The position numbers and the translations under genes are program-made. DNA of 64,000 bases from NCBI GenBank assembly GCA_963422735.1, contig OY730476.1, positions 4,544,001-4,608,000 on the forward strand, given 5' to 3'. Shown here one piece after another: positions 38,574 through 48,579 of the stretch. Source of the DNA: Candidatus Latescibacterota bacterium. GTDB lineage: Bacteria > Latescibacterota > UBA2968 > UBA8231. Numbering within the stretch: position 1 is the stretch's first letter; every line of letters begins with the position of its first letter. Below the pieces are notes generated by a model. That model did no database searches, was not told the origin of the DNA, and saw only the letters and a program-made list of their open reading frames with translations.

Positions 38574-39707
38574 ATGAAAATCACCAATGTTAAATCCTTT
38601 GTTGCATCAAGCGGCCATTTTTTCGTGAAGGTAGAAACCGATGCTGGCATCTACGGTCTCGGTGAAGGTGGCTTAAGACGGCGTACCCTCGCTTTGGCCG
38701 AAGTAGTTCGCTCTTTTGAACCATTTCTCATCGGTGCAGACCCGTTCCAAATTGAACATCTGTGGCAAGTGATGTTCCGCGGTGGCTTCTTTCCTGGCGG
38801 GGTCGTCCAAGCCGCCGCAGTGAGTGCCGTAGATATCGCACTCTGGGACATCAAAGGGAAAGCACTAAATGTTCCTGTGTACGAACTTTTAGGCGGACGC
38901 ACGAGAGACAAAGTCGTCTGCTATCCGCACAACAGCGGCGACGCGATTGATGCCCTCGTTGAGAGCTGTCGCAAAACGCATGAGGCCGGTTGGAAGTTCG
39001 TCCGCTGGGGCTTGGCTGATGGGGCAGACAAAGGGACGTTTGAACCCAGACGCGCCATCCGGTACAGTGTCGAGCAGGTGGAAGCCGTTCGCAATGCATT
39101 AGGCGGCCATGTCCAAATAGTAGTTGACGTGCATACTCGTCTTGACCCAGCGGATAGCCTCGATTTCTGCAACAAGATGGCTCCCTACGATCCGTTTTTC
39201 ATTGAAGATCCACTGCGGAGTGAAAACCCAGCCAGTCTCAGGCGGCTCCGCCAACAGACCTCCGTCCCGCTTGCTGTTGGTGAACAATTTGATAGCAAGT
39301 GGACATTCAGAGAAGTCATTGAGGAGGACCTGATGGATTACTGCCGCGTTGACCTGTGCATTGCCGGTGGATTGACAGAGGCTCGTAAAATTGCCGGGTG
39401 GTGCGAAACGCATTACATCCATCTGGCGCCACACAATCCGCTCGGCCCTGTTTCCACCGCAGCCTGTCTGCATCTCTGTTTAGCATCCTCACTTGTCGGT
39501 GTCCAGGAACTCCCACGTGCGCCGATGTCCTCTCTCACCGATGAGTTTCCGGTGCAGGTGCCGTTTGAATCTGGTTACCTCTTACCTCCCGAAGCCCCTG
39601 GTCTCGGTATTGAATTCAACGAAGCAGCACTCACCAACGTGTCAACACAGGACTACGGACCACCCACCGGCTATCAGCGCGATGACGGCTCCTACACAAA
39701 TTGGTAA
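38574..39707 (+). CDS. Mandelate racemase-family acid-sugar dehydratase (galactonate/mannonate dehydratase-like)
   Basis: SAVDIALWDIKGKAL, VDVHTR, FIEDP, VGE and APHNPLGP motifs; visibly lower GC than neighbours. Confidence 0.88.
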   Translation: MKITNVKSFVASSGHFFVKVETDAGIYGLGEGGLRRRTLALAEVVRSFEPFLIGADPFQIEHLWQVMFRGGFFPGGVVQAAAVSAVDIALWDIKGKALNVPVYELLGGRTRDKVVCYPHNSGDAIDALVESCRKTHEAGWKFVRWGLADGADKGTFEPRRAIRYSVEQVEAVRNALGGHVQIVVDVHTRLDPADSLDFCNKMAPYDPFFIEDPLRSENPASLRRLRQQTSVPLAVGEQFDSKWTFREVIEEDLMDYCRVDLCIAGGLTEARKIAGWCETHYIHLAPHNPLGPVSTAACLHLCLASSLVGVQELPRAPMSSLTDEFPVQVPFESGYLLPPEAPGLGIEFNEAALTNVSTQDYGPPTGYQRDDGSYTNW

Positions 39708-39745
39708 GGATTTAAAGAATGGGAGCTGCACGTTAAGTTCACAAG

Positions 39746-39781
39746 AACGCCCCGACATCGAACATGCCGGGGCGTTTTTTT
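39746..39781 (+). terminator. Rho-independent terminator
   Basis: AACGCCCCGACAT-loop-ATGCCGGGGCGTT followed by a T run. Confidence 0.85.
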
Positions 39782-39800
39782 GTGCCGTTGTTTTGCATCA

Positions 39801-41325
39801 CTAAGGATTGGCAACAGTAGTGTTTCCATAAGTGGATTGCACGACATGTTCCATAGAATCGATTTCCTCATCCGCTAGGTCCTTAAAGTGACTTGCGCGT
39901 TTTCGTGCGGACAGTCGGCCGTTATTTTGGAGGCAAAAACGAATGAAGAGATCAATCTGTCGGTCGGGCATATCTACGATGTCTTGGATAGCTTGTTTGG
40001 TCGCATCGTAGTTGGCTAGGAATGCCAGTTCGCGGGCGAGTTCGGTATCGATAGTCTGATCTATGAAGCGAAAAAGTGCCTCCGCTTGGGGTCATGTCGA
40101 TGTAGCGGTACCATATAGCGGTATCGTTATGCACAGTCAAGCGTCCATCTTGGTCGAGTGTGTAGTCCACTAGGAACATTAGCTGTCGGGAGAACGCATC
40201 GAGGGAAGCGTCATAGTCAGCTATATTCTTTAGCATGACCGCCGATATGGGAAACATAACGCTTTCGGGTGTAAAGCCGCGGCGAGCGAGAATATTGTGA
40301 ATCAAGAAGCGGTGGATTCGGCCATTGCCGCCCTCAAATGGGTGCAGAAAGGCGAATCCATAGGCGATGGCGGCCGCTTGAATCACAGGTGAGATAGTGC
40401 CGGCTTTCATGCGTTTGTGAGTGGCTACCAAGCCTTCCATCAGGTCGGCTAAATCGCCGGGCTTTGGGGCCGGCCACAAAGTGGATATGCTCTTTCTGCC
40501 GAGCCACGCTCTGCCCGACGTAATTTTGGGTGATTCGATAGTCGGCATCGCGGAACCGGGCGTCAACGATGCGGTTTTGTAAGTCAATTAACCACGGTTT
40601 TCGACAAAAGCCCTCCTGCTCGGCCAGTTGGAGCAGTGCCACGAAGCGTTCGGTTCGGGTTGGGGTGAAGGTGATGTGTTCGATTTCAAATGACGATTTC
40701 GTTTCCTTGGTGTACAGGTAGCTGAGCGCGCGCTTCAACAATAATTCTGGAGCATAACGAGACACCACTTGCCGGCATCTCGTATGCAACTCGTCCGTTT
40801 CAAAGTTTCGCAGAATATCAGTACGACGAACTGTTGGACAGAACCGGCATTCACCAGGCAGGTTGTCATTGACCCGTTGACGGCGAATTTGTCGAGCAGG
40901 CACAACCGTATAATAGGTGTCCGGTTCGAGGAGCTCGATGTAGCTCCCTCGCTTCAAGTCATCTAGCGGGAGTATCTTCCCGGTCAGGAACTCATAGAGA
41001 AACCACAAGCACCTGACATACTTCCCATTCGGTTTCGAGAGGACATAGTCGAGGAAATCGTCCTCTGATGCTTTCTGGAACAAGCTGGCGAGAATTGCGA
41101 GATTCGTCCCGTCATACTTGAGAGCAAATTCCAGATGGTCGCCCAGTGTTTCCCCAGGCCAGTACTTGGGGGGTAAACTTCTTTGATGATGCCTCCGCGG
41201 GAATCGATCCGGTGGGTTCCGCTGGTGATCACCAAGGATGTATGCCAATTCGGGATGACGTCGAGTTCGTACTGTTCAATTAGTGCTGCGTACCCCGCGA
41301 GCTTGTACATCTCGTGTTTAGCCAT
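39801..41325 (-). pseudogene. Fic-family protein, multiply frameshifted
   Basis: LAGYAAL, HLEFALKYDG, YTKETKSSFEIE, HPFEGGNGRIHR (Fic motif, D to G) and DIVDMPDR spread over at least four ORF fragments. Confidence 0.88.
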
Positions 41326-41366
41326 AGCGCGTTATGGTTATTTTTCGGCAAATAGCAAAAAAACAC

Positions 41367-42263
41367 TTACATCCTGTCCACATCGTTTCCCCTTTGTTGG
41401 TAGAGCAAGCCAGCGACGATGAGCACAAGTCCTGCTAGGGTCGCCCAGCGAATGGACTCTCCCAGCACAAAGTGAATCAGCACGAGGGAGCAGAACGGGG
41501 CAATGAAAATTAGATGGCCGACTTTGGAAGTGTTTTCCGCGTAGCGCAGTGCCCACTGCCACAAGACATACGCAATTCCCATCTCGAAAAGGCCGATGTA
41601 AGCCGCCCCCAACAAACCCGGCCAAGCAGGTACGCGCCACGGTCCCAAAAGCAGGACACAGCCGAGCACCAGCGGCAGCGACAGAGCGAAATTGAGGAAA
41701 AGCCGCACTACGGGATCGCGTCGGTCGCGGGTATTGTAAATCCAATAGAAGGCCCATACTACCGTACTGCCCAGCGCTAGGGCCACCCCAAGCGGATTGG
41801 AAAAGCGCAAGGTCCAGATTTCACCGCGAGTGGAGATGACTAATACGCCCGCATAACAGATCAAGCCCGCGGCCAGATCACGTCGGCCGATTCGCTGTCC
41901 CAAAAGCGGAATGGAGAGCCAAGTCAGAGTCAGTGCCCAAGTATAATTGAGTGCCTGCGCTTCTTGGGCGGGCAGCAGTTGGTAGGCTTTGAAGAGGATA
42001 AGATAGTAAAGCAGGGGATTTAGCGCTCCTAGCACCAGCGAGCAAGCGCAGTCAGTCGGCCGGCTCCTAAGTATCTGTCCCCCCTTTCCCTGCGCGACCA
42101 GCAGCATCCCCAGCGCCCCGGTCGAAACGCAACTGGCCCAAAACAGCAGTTCGGCGTAGTCCATATAGCGGAGCGCGATCTTGAACGCCGACGCCACGGT
42201 GGACCACAGCAACACCGCGGCCAACCCGTAGAGATAAGCCCTTTTCTGGTCGGCAGTCGCCAC
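41367..42263 (-). CDS. EamA/DMT transporter
   Basis: LLWSTVASAFK, LNPLLYYLILF..LPAQEAQALNYTW; about 10 TM segments. Confidence 0.9.
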   Translation of the reverse strand: MATADQKRAYLYGLAAVLLWSTVASAFKIALRYMDYAELLFWASCVSTGALGMLLVAQGKGGQILRSRPTDCACSLVLGALNPLLYYLILFKAYQLLPAQEAQALNYTWALTLTWLSIPLLGQRIGRRDLAAGLICYAGVLVISTRGEIWTLRFSNPLGVALALGSTVVWAFYWIYNTRDRRDPVVRLFLNFALSLPLVLGCVLLLGPWRVPAWPGLLGAAYIGLFEMGIAYVLWQWALRYAENTSKVGHLIFIAPFCSLVLIHFVLGESIRWATLAGLVLIVAGLLYQQRGNDVDRM

Positions 42264-42273
42264 CGCGCACCCG

Positions 42274-43674
42274 CTAAAACTGCGCGACCTGTTTAGGGCC
42301 AATGTCCACGGCTTGGGCCAGCGCGTCGAAGCTCTGTTTTAGCAGCGCAAAGCGCACCGCTGCGTAGGCTGGATCGTCCCAGCGGTTGTCGAACTCGCCC
42401 GGATCTTTCTCTAGGTCAAACAATTCGCCCAAGGTGCGGTCGTGATAGCAGACCAGTTTGTAGCGCCGGTCGCGGATCATCGTCCCGTAGGTGCCTTGCA
42501 GATGTTCCCGACCCGGTGCGTCCGGGTTTAGAGCGCGGTAGTACTCGCTGCGGACGTAGGCGCGGTGTGTCTGGGCTTGGCCGGTCAGCAGCGGCCACAG
42601 CGAGCGCCCCTGCATCCTTTCGGGCGCGGGGACCTCAGCCAGTTCCAGCAAGGTCGGAGCAATGTCCAGCAACTCGACTAGCGCATCGCAGACGCGCCCT
42701 TCCTGTACGTGTCCCGGCCAGGAGCAGATCAATGGCACCCGCACCAAGCACTCATAAAATCGGCACCCCTTGCCCACAAGCTGGTGATCGCCCAACAGCT
42801 CGCCGTGATCCGAAGTGAAAATCACGAGGGTATTCTCGCGCTGGCCGCTTTCTTCTAAAGCTTGGATCATGCGCCCTACATTATCGTCGATCAACTCAAT
42901 CATCGCGTAGTACGCCGCCATGACCTCCTTGGCCTGAGACAAGCCAATAGACGCGGCTCCGTCCACTGGACCCAGTTTTGCATGGGCTTGGGGGTCTTTT
43001 TCGCTCCACAGCGGATCGGGCAACCCCGCAGGGTCGTAGCGGTCCAAGTACGCGTGCGGCGGGTCAAAGGGCGCGTGCGGGTCGAACATGTTGACGCTCA
43101 TCAGCCAAGGCGTGGTGCGCTCCTCGCGCATAAATTCGATTGCCTTGTCTGCACACCAAGTCGTCTGGTGCAGCGCGGGCGGCATCTGGGCTGGATCCTC
43201 GCGCAGTTCGGCTAAAGTGCGGCCTTGAGCGCGGACCCAATCCGCGTAGGCGTGGCCTTCGGGCCACTGGTCGCGCGAGTCGTGGCTCCAGTGGAAGACG
43301 CGATAGCCGTCGTCGCTGCGCGGCTCGATCCGACCGTGTGCACCGGCTAGATGCAGCTTGCCGGCCAATCCGCAGTCGTAGGACGCGGCGTCGGCCAGCA
43401 GCTTGGTGATCAGCGGGGCCGCGCCGGCCCAGTAGGCATTGCCATTAGTGCAGCCGTGGACGCTGCTCGGATACATGCCGGTGAGGAAACTAGCGCGGCT
43501 CGGGGTGCAGATCGGGCTTTGGCAGAAGGCGTGGGTAAAAGCAGTGCCCTCGCTGACTAGGCGGTCGATGTGCGGGGTGCGTATGTGCTCGTTGTCCAGC
43601 GCGCCAATCGTATCGTAGCGCTGCTGGTCGGTGCAGATCCAGAGAATGTTCGGACGCATGGTTCTGTCTCTCAT
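42274..43674 (-). CDS. Sulfatase (Cys-type, formylglycine-dependent)
   Basis: PNILWICTDQQR, CTPSRASFLTG, GKLHL, DPHAPF and SDHGE motifs. Confidence 0.95.
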   Translation of the reverse strand: MRDRTMRPNILWICTDQQRYDTIGALDNEHIRTPHIDRLVSEGTAFTHAFCQSPICTPSRASFLTGMYPSSVHGCTNGNAYWAGAAPLITKLLADAASYDCGLAGKLHLAGAHGRIEPRSDDGYRVFHWSHDSRDQWPEGHAYADWVRAQGRTLAELREDPAQMPPALHQTTWCADKAIEFMREERTTPWLMSVNMFDPHAPFDPPHAYLDRYDPAGLPDPLWSEKDPQAHAKLGPVDGAASIGLSQAKEVMAAYYAMIELIDDNVGRMIQALEESGQRENTLVIFTSDHGELLGDHQLVGKGCRFYECLVRVPLICSWPGHVQEGRVCDALVELLDIAPTLLELAEVPAPERMQGRSLWPLLTGQAQTHRAYVRSEYYRALNPDAPGREHLQGTYGTMIRDRRYKLVCYHDRTLGELFDLEKDPGEFDNRWDDPAYAAVRFALLKQSFDALAQAVDIGPKQVAQF

Positions 43675-43844
43675 CCTGTCTATGCGTTAATCTAACGGAT
43701 GGTACTCACTTGGTCTGAAGAGGGGTCCGTGGTTAGAGGTTAGAAGTAAGTAATCCGCTTAAGGAATGAGGAGTGAGTCCCTGCCGAATCCCCGCTCCCC
43801 TCTTTTCTCCTCTCATCGAAGGAGTGCGTAACATCAGTAATCTA

Positions 43845-44843
43845 ATGATATCCAACGCTATCAACGCCCTCGTCCTCGTCCTTGCTCTCGCCGGATCGAC
43901 TTTGGCCGGCGACGGAGAAGTCCGCGGCATCACCATCTCCACGCACGGCATCGGCCGCGACTGGGGCGCTGACGCCATCGTGCCGACGCTAGAAGATATT
44001 CGCGCCGTTGGTGCCAACTGGGTGGCGATCCACCCTTACGCCAGCATCCGCGCCGACGGCACACTCCGGTGGTCGGACATCGATCCAGCCGACCCGCCAG
44101 CCCATATCGTCCGCCCCATCCGCGAGGCCCACCGCTTGGGATTGCGCATTTACATCAAGCCCCATATCGCCTATTGGCGCTCGCCCTTCTCTTGGCGGGG
44201 CGAAATCGCCTTTACACGCGCCGAGGATTGGCAGCGGTTCTGGCGGGGCTATCGGGAGTGGATCGGGTTGTTGGCTACCGTCTGCCGGGAGGCCGATGGC
44301 TTCGTCGTCGGCACCGAACTCGACCGCATGTTGGCCTTTGAAGAGGAATGGCGCGCACTCATCGCCGAGGTACGCCAGCGCACCGCCGCGCCCCTGACCT
44401 ACGCGGCCAATTGGACCGACTATCGCCAAGTGCCCTTCTGGGACGCCCTCGACGTCATTGGCATCCAGGCCTATTTCCCCCTCACCGTCGATCCGGCCTA
44501 TGACGAAGAAGATATCCGCGCTGGATGGGCGGAGCGCATGAGGGAACTGCGGGTCTTTGGCGAGCAACACGACCGCAACATACTCTTCACTGAACTGGGC
44601 TACAACCAGTCGCACCAAGCACCGCTCGCGCCGTGGACATACTCGGTGGACGGCGAGGACGCGCTCCCCGTCCAGGTGGCTTGTTTGCGCACCGCGCTGG
44701 CTGCCATCGCCGAGGAGCCGCGCGTCGTTGGTGCCTTGCTGTGGAAGTGGTTTCCGCATCCGCGTCCGGTCGGCCGCAACTTCCAGCTAGCGATCCCGCC
44801 CATCAAGTTCGTCATTGCCGAGGCATGGCTCAGCCCACAATAA
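43845..44843 (+). CDS. Secreted glycoside hydrolase, GH113-like TIM barrel
   Basis: Signal peptide, IKPHI..WRGEI, VGTEL, TYAANW, WDALDVIGIQAYFPL and FTELGY. Start uncertain. Confidence 0.82.
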   Translation: MISNAINALVLVLALAGSTLAGDGEVRGITISTHGIGRDWGADAIVPTLEDIRAVGANWVAIHPYASIRADGTLRWSDIDPADPPAHIVRPIREAHRLGLRIYIKPHIAYWRSPFSWRGEIAFTRAEDWQRFWRGYREWIGLLATVCREADGFVVGTELDRMLAFEEEWRALIAEVRQRTAAPLTYAANWTDYRQVPFWDALDVIGIQAYFPLTVDPAYDEEDIRAGWAERMRELRVFGEQHDRNILFTELGYNQSHQAPLAPWTYSVDGEDALPVQVACLRTALAAIAEEPRVVGALLWKWFPHPRPVGRNFQLAIPPIKFVIAEAWLSPQ

Positions 44844-45825
44844 GCCCGGTTCCGCGCAGCAAGGTCTCCTGTACCAAAAGCTCGTGGTCGAGCGAGCGGT
44901 CTGGCCCGTGTTCGCCCTTGAGCACCCTTAGAAAAGACGCCAATTCCAACTCGTAAAGTCCCTGCCGCGAAATTCCTTTAAAAGGCACCATCTGTACGCC
45001 CTCTGCATAGCCGTCGGCTGCTTCGGTCAGGCAGAGCCGGATGGCGTGGCCCGGCTCAAAAGGCTCGAGTAGAATCGCGCTGCCTCGCTCTCCATAGACC
45101 TCAAAACGCCGCGCCATCGGCTGCGGCTCCATCGCCGCAATATCGACCCAAGCCATGGACCGCTCGTATTCAAAAACCCCGAGCGTGTTGTCCTGAAACG
45201 CGGCCACGACTCCAGTGTCGTTGCGCAGAAAGGTCGCGACCTTCTCAGGCCGCCCCAAAATCCACACCACTTGGTCAAGCATGTGCCCGGCCAGATCGTA
45301 GAAGATGCCGCCGTGGTGCCCGGCGGCGATTACTTCGCGCCCGGCTTGGGTGATGTTGGTGGACATGTGGGCGCGCACTGAATAGATATCACCTAAAAAC
45401 CCCGACCGCGCCCACTCCGCAATCTGGCTGAAGCCGGGATGGTAGCGCAGCATAAAGCCCATTTGCACTTGCAGATCGGCGGCCCGCGCCTCAGCTACGA
45501 CCCGCTGCCACTGCGCCCAGTCGTCCCCGGCTGGTTTGTCGTACCACACGTGCTTGCCGGCTTGGACGATGCGCTCGGTCTGGTTCAAGCTCTCGTCGTT
45601 GCGCCCCTCGGAGGCGACGGCAACAATGGAGCTATCGCCGAGCAACTCTTCTTCTCTGTCCAAGAAGCGGACCTGCCGATAGGGTTCGTCGCCGGCAACT
45701 TGCCGACGGCGCTCGGCATCGGGTTCGTACAGGCCGACGATTTCGACCTCGGGATTGTCGAGCATTGCCTTGAGCTTACCGGCGGCGTGACCGTGCTTGG
45801 TGCCGTATTGCGCCATGCGGATCAT
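44830..45825 (-). CDS. Gfo/Idh/MocA oxidoreductase
   Basis: GKHVWYDKP, GFMLRYHP, DLAGHMLD and EVYGERG motifs. Confidence 0.9.
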   Translation of the reverse strand: MIRMAQYGTKHGHAAGKLKAMLDNPEVEIVGLYEPDAERRRQVAGDEPYRQVRFLDREEELLGDSSIVAVASEGRNDESLNQTERIVQAGKHVWYDKPAGDDWAQWQRVVAEARAADLQVQMGFMLRYHPGFSQIAEWARSGFLGDIYSVRAHMSTNITQAGREVIAAGHHGGIFYDLAGHMLDQVVWILGRPEKVATFLRNDTGVVAAFQDNTLGVFEYERSMAWVDIAAMEPQPMARRFEVYGERGSAILLEPFEPGHAIRLCLTEAADGYAEGVQMVPFKGISRQGLYELELASFLRVLKGEHGPDRSLDHELLVQETLLRGTGLIVG

Positions 45826-45922
45826 GGGGTCTCCTAGCGGAAAAATGCGTTGCGATTGGGTGAGACCGTTCTTAATGGATGCGAAGGGGAACGGCGCACC
45901 CTTTTGCCGTATTCGCGTACGC

Positions 45923-46219
45923 CTAGATGAGCAAGGCTGCTCTATCCGCACCCCTACGATATTTGGTTTTCAATGGAAATTTTTCTGGATGTTCGATCGA
46001 TTCTATGCTCAGGTCTACATACAAATCCGGCCAGTAAAAGTGACCGGGCGTAGGCTGCTCGACTTGGAGGATGTTCCCAACCGGAACCTCTTTGAACCAA
46101 GGAAAATCCTCATAAGAAAGAAAAAATTCCCGCTCACCGACGAGAAGCCATATCCCATGAGTCGATATATTGGTTACTTCAACGTCCGAAGCTATTTTGC
46201 CAAGCTGTTCTGAGTCCAT
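45923..46219 (-). CDS. DUF2442 protein (putative antitoxin)
   Basis: VEVTNISTHGIWLL..FPWF..YWPDLYVDLSIESI..PEKFPL. Confidence 0.8.
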   Translation of the reverse strand: MDSEQLGKIASDVEVTNISTHGIWLLVGEREFFLSYEDFPWFKEVPVGNILQVEQPTPGHFYWPDLYVDLSIESIEHPEKFPLKTKYRRGADRAALLI

Positions 46220-46406
46220 CGTAGTGCTCCTCAATTTCCCTAAGTCGGGACTGCGACAACCTGTAGTTGCGGGCCAACTCAATCTGTGGTTCTAGCCAAA
46301 ACTTTGCCTCCCCATCGCCGCAGTAGATGTGAACGTGCATTCTTGGTTCCTCACGAGAGAAAAAGTAGAATCGATAGCCACGTTCCCTAAATACCGTCGG
46401 ACTCAT
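46179..46406 (-). CDS. DUF4160 protein (putative toxin)
   Basis: MSPTVFRERGYRFYFFSREEPRMHVHI..EAKFWLEP. Confidence 0.85.
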   Translation of the reverse strand: MSPTVFRERGYRFYFFSREEPRMHVHIYCGDGEAKFWLEPQIELARNYRLSQSRLREIEEHYDGLRTAWQNSFGR

Positions 46407-46419
46407 CGTTGTTGAGAAA

Positions 46420-46760
46420 AGGGGTTCGAACGATCTATCTGCTGCAATTCTCGCTCAATGTGGGCCAGAGCACGATCATCCAACGTGGCTCATGCCTGCT
46501 TCGCGTTCGAGAAAGGCCGTCAGGTCTGGATCGGCATCCAAGTCGATCAGATTAGCGGAGCGACGCAGTTCTATGAGCAGTCTCCCCTGCAATTTGAAGA
46601 ATTGTTTCGCCGGACAGCCGCGGACGGCAAAGTCAATGTCTGAGCCGGGCCGTCCGCGTCCCTCTGCTACGGAGCCGAACAGGTACACCTACTGACAGGA
46701 GGATCGCCACTTCGCGGCCACATCGCGCTTAATGCTGTCTGGAACGCCCTGCAAACTCAC
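46420..46760 (-). pseudogene. MNT nucleotidyltransferase (frameshifted) plus 5' stub of its partner gene
   Basis: VYLFGSVAEG..GSDIDFAVRG with its N-terminus (SIKRDVGREVAILL) in another frame, followed by a truncated LDDRALAHIERELQQIDR. Confidence 0.7.
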
Positions 46761-46787
46761 TTTTGGACTCCTTACTTAATTTCCATC

Positions 46788-47555
46788 TCAGCGGCCCATC
46801 CACCCGCCATCGACGATTGCGATGGCCCCATGCACGTAGTCGGCTGCCCGCGACGACAGCCATACCACCGCGCCTTTTAAGTCGTCCGGCGTGCCCCACC
46901 GACCCGCCGGAACCCGCACTAGTAGCTGCTCGTTGCGCACCGGGTCGTCGCGCAGGGCCTGATTGTTGTCGGTGGCGATATAGCCGGGGGCAATGGCATT
47001 GACGTTGACTCCGCGACCGGCCCACTCGTTGGCCAGTGCCATCGTCAACTGCCCGATCCCGCCCTTGGCCGCGGCATAGCCCGGCACTGTGATTCCGCCT
47101 TGGAAGGTCAGCACCGAAGCGGTGAAGACGATCTTGCCTCGACCCCGGGACAGCATCTGCTTGCCGAATTCCCGCGCCAGCACGAACTGCGCGTTTAAGT
47201 TGACCTCAATGACGTGGTCCCAATCTTCGTCTCCATGGTCTTCAGCCGGAGCGCGCCGAATCGTACCGGCGTTGTTGATGAGGATGTCGATTGGGCTGAC
47301 CTCGGCGTTGACCTGCTCGACGAAGGCGCGGACCGCCGCCCGGTCGGCAAAATCGCAGGCATAGCCCTTGAAGTGCTTGCCGCGCTCGGCAATATCTTTG
47401 CCGACCTCGGAGTCTGCTTCGAGTGAGGCGCTGACGCCGACGATATCCGCTCCGGCCTCGGCCAATGCTTGTGCAAACCCGCGCCCGATGCCTCGGCGAC
47501 ACCCGGTGACCAGCGCCGTTTGGCCGTCGAGCTTAAAAAGATCCAAGATGCCCAT
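46788..47555 (-). CDS. kduD: 2-dehydro-3-deoxy-D-gluconate 5-dehydrogenase (SDR)
   Basis: TGCRRGIG, NNAGTIRR, ASVLTFQGGITVPGYAAAKGG, LANEWA and VDGGWMGR motifs. Confidence 0.88.
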   Translation of the reverse strand: MGILDLFKLDGQTALVTGCRRGIGRGFAQALAEAGADIVGVSASLEADSEVGKDIAERGKHFKGYACDFADRAAVRAFVEQVNAEVSPIDILINNAGTIRRAPAEDHGDEDWDHVIEVNLNAQFVLAREFGKQMLSRGRGKIVFTASVLTFQGGITVPGYAAAKGGIGQLTMALANEWAGRGVNVNAIAPGYIATDNNQALRDDPVRNEQLLVRVPAGRWGTPDDLKGAVVWLSSRAADYVHGAIAIVDGGWMGR

Positions 47556-47556
47556 G

Positions 47557-48579
47557 CTATTCCCCTTGAGTGTCGATTAAAATTTTGACCGCGTCCGTGC
47601 CCGCTGCCAGCCGGGCAAAGGCGTCGGGCAGCGCGTCTAAGGGAAGGTGCTCGGTAATCAGCTCGTTTAGCGGCAGTGCGCCGCTGGCCGCCAGCTCGAT
47701 GGCGCGGTCGTAGTCCTCGGGCTCGTACACCCGCACCCCGCACATCTTCAACTCGCGCCAGAAGAACTGAAAGAGATCGACTTTGGGTGCGGTAGCAAAG
47801 ATCGCCACTACCACGATCCGCCCCCGGACTTTGGCGAGCTTAGTCATCACCTCGGCCCCCGCCGGCGAGCCAGAGACCTCAAAGACCGCGTCGGCCCCGC
47901 CTCCCTCGGTCCAAGCTTCGACGTGGACGACCAAGTCCTCCTTTAGCGGATGGACGGTTTCCAGCCCCAGCGCGTGCGCCGCCTGCAGCCGATAGGCATT
48001 GACCTCGGCCACCCGCACCTCGGCCCCCGCGTGCTGCGCCACCAGCGCATTGAGCAAACCGATCGGCCCGCCGCCGATCACCACCACCTTCTCGCCCGGC
48101 ACCACCTCGCCCAAGCGCACGTCGTGGCAGGCGACCGCCAGCGGCTCGACTAGAGCACCCAACGTCAGGGGCATGTCGTCTGGCAGGCGGTGCAACGTAT
48201 GGGCCGGCACCGTCCACGACCCCTGAAAGGCCCCTGGACTGTCGATGCCGATAAAATTTAAGTTCTGACAGATGTGGCCATTGCCGGCTTTGCAGGCTGT
48301 GCATGCGCCACAAGCCTCTAAGGGGCGCACTACGACCGAATCGCCCGCGGCCCAGCCTTCGACATCGGCCCCGACTTCCGCTATCCGTCCCGACATCTCG
48401 TGCCCAATGACTTGGGGCATGTCGATCCGGCGGTCCTGATGGCCGAGGTAAATGTGAATATCCGTGCCGCACACCCCGCAATAGGCCACCTCGATTCGCA
48501 CCTGACCCGCATTAGGGGATTGCACTCGGCACTCGCCGATTTCGACCGTGCGGTCGCCGCAGTAGTAGGCCGCCTTCAT
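47557..48579 (-). CDS. Zinc-binding sugar-acid dehydrogenase
   Basis: GVCGTD, GHE, CGACTAC..C, EPLAVACHD and GGGPIG motifs. Confidence 0.9.
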   Translation of the reverse strand: MKAAYYCGDRTVEIGECRVQSPNAGQVRIEVAYCGVCGTDIHIYLGHQDRRIDMPQVIGHEMSGRIAEVGADVEGWAAGDSVVVRPLEACGACTACKAGNGHICQNLNFIGIDSPGAFQGSWTVPAHTLHRLPDDMPLTLGALVEPLAVACHDVRLGEVVPGEKVVVIGGGPIGLLNALVAQHAGAEVRVAEVNAYRLQAAHALGLETVHPLKEDLVVHVEAWTEGGGADAVFEVSGSPAGAEVMTKLAKVRGRIVVVAIFATAPKVDLFQFFWRELKMCGVRVYEPEDYDRAIELAASGALPLNELITEHLPLDALPDAFARLAAGTDAVKILIDTQGE

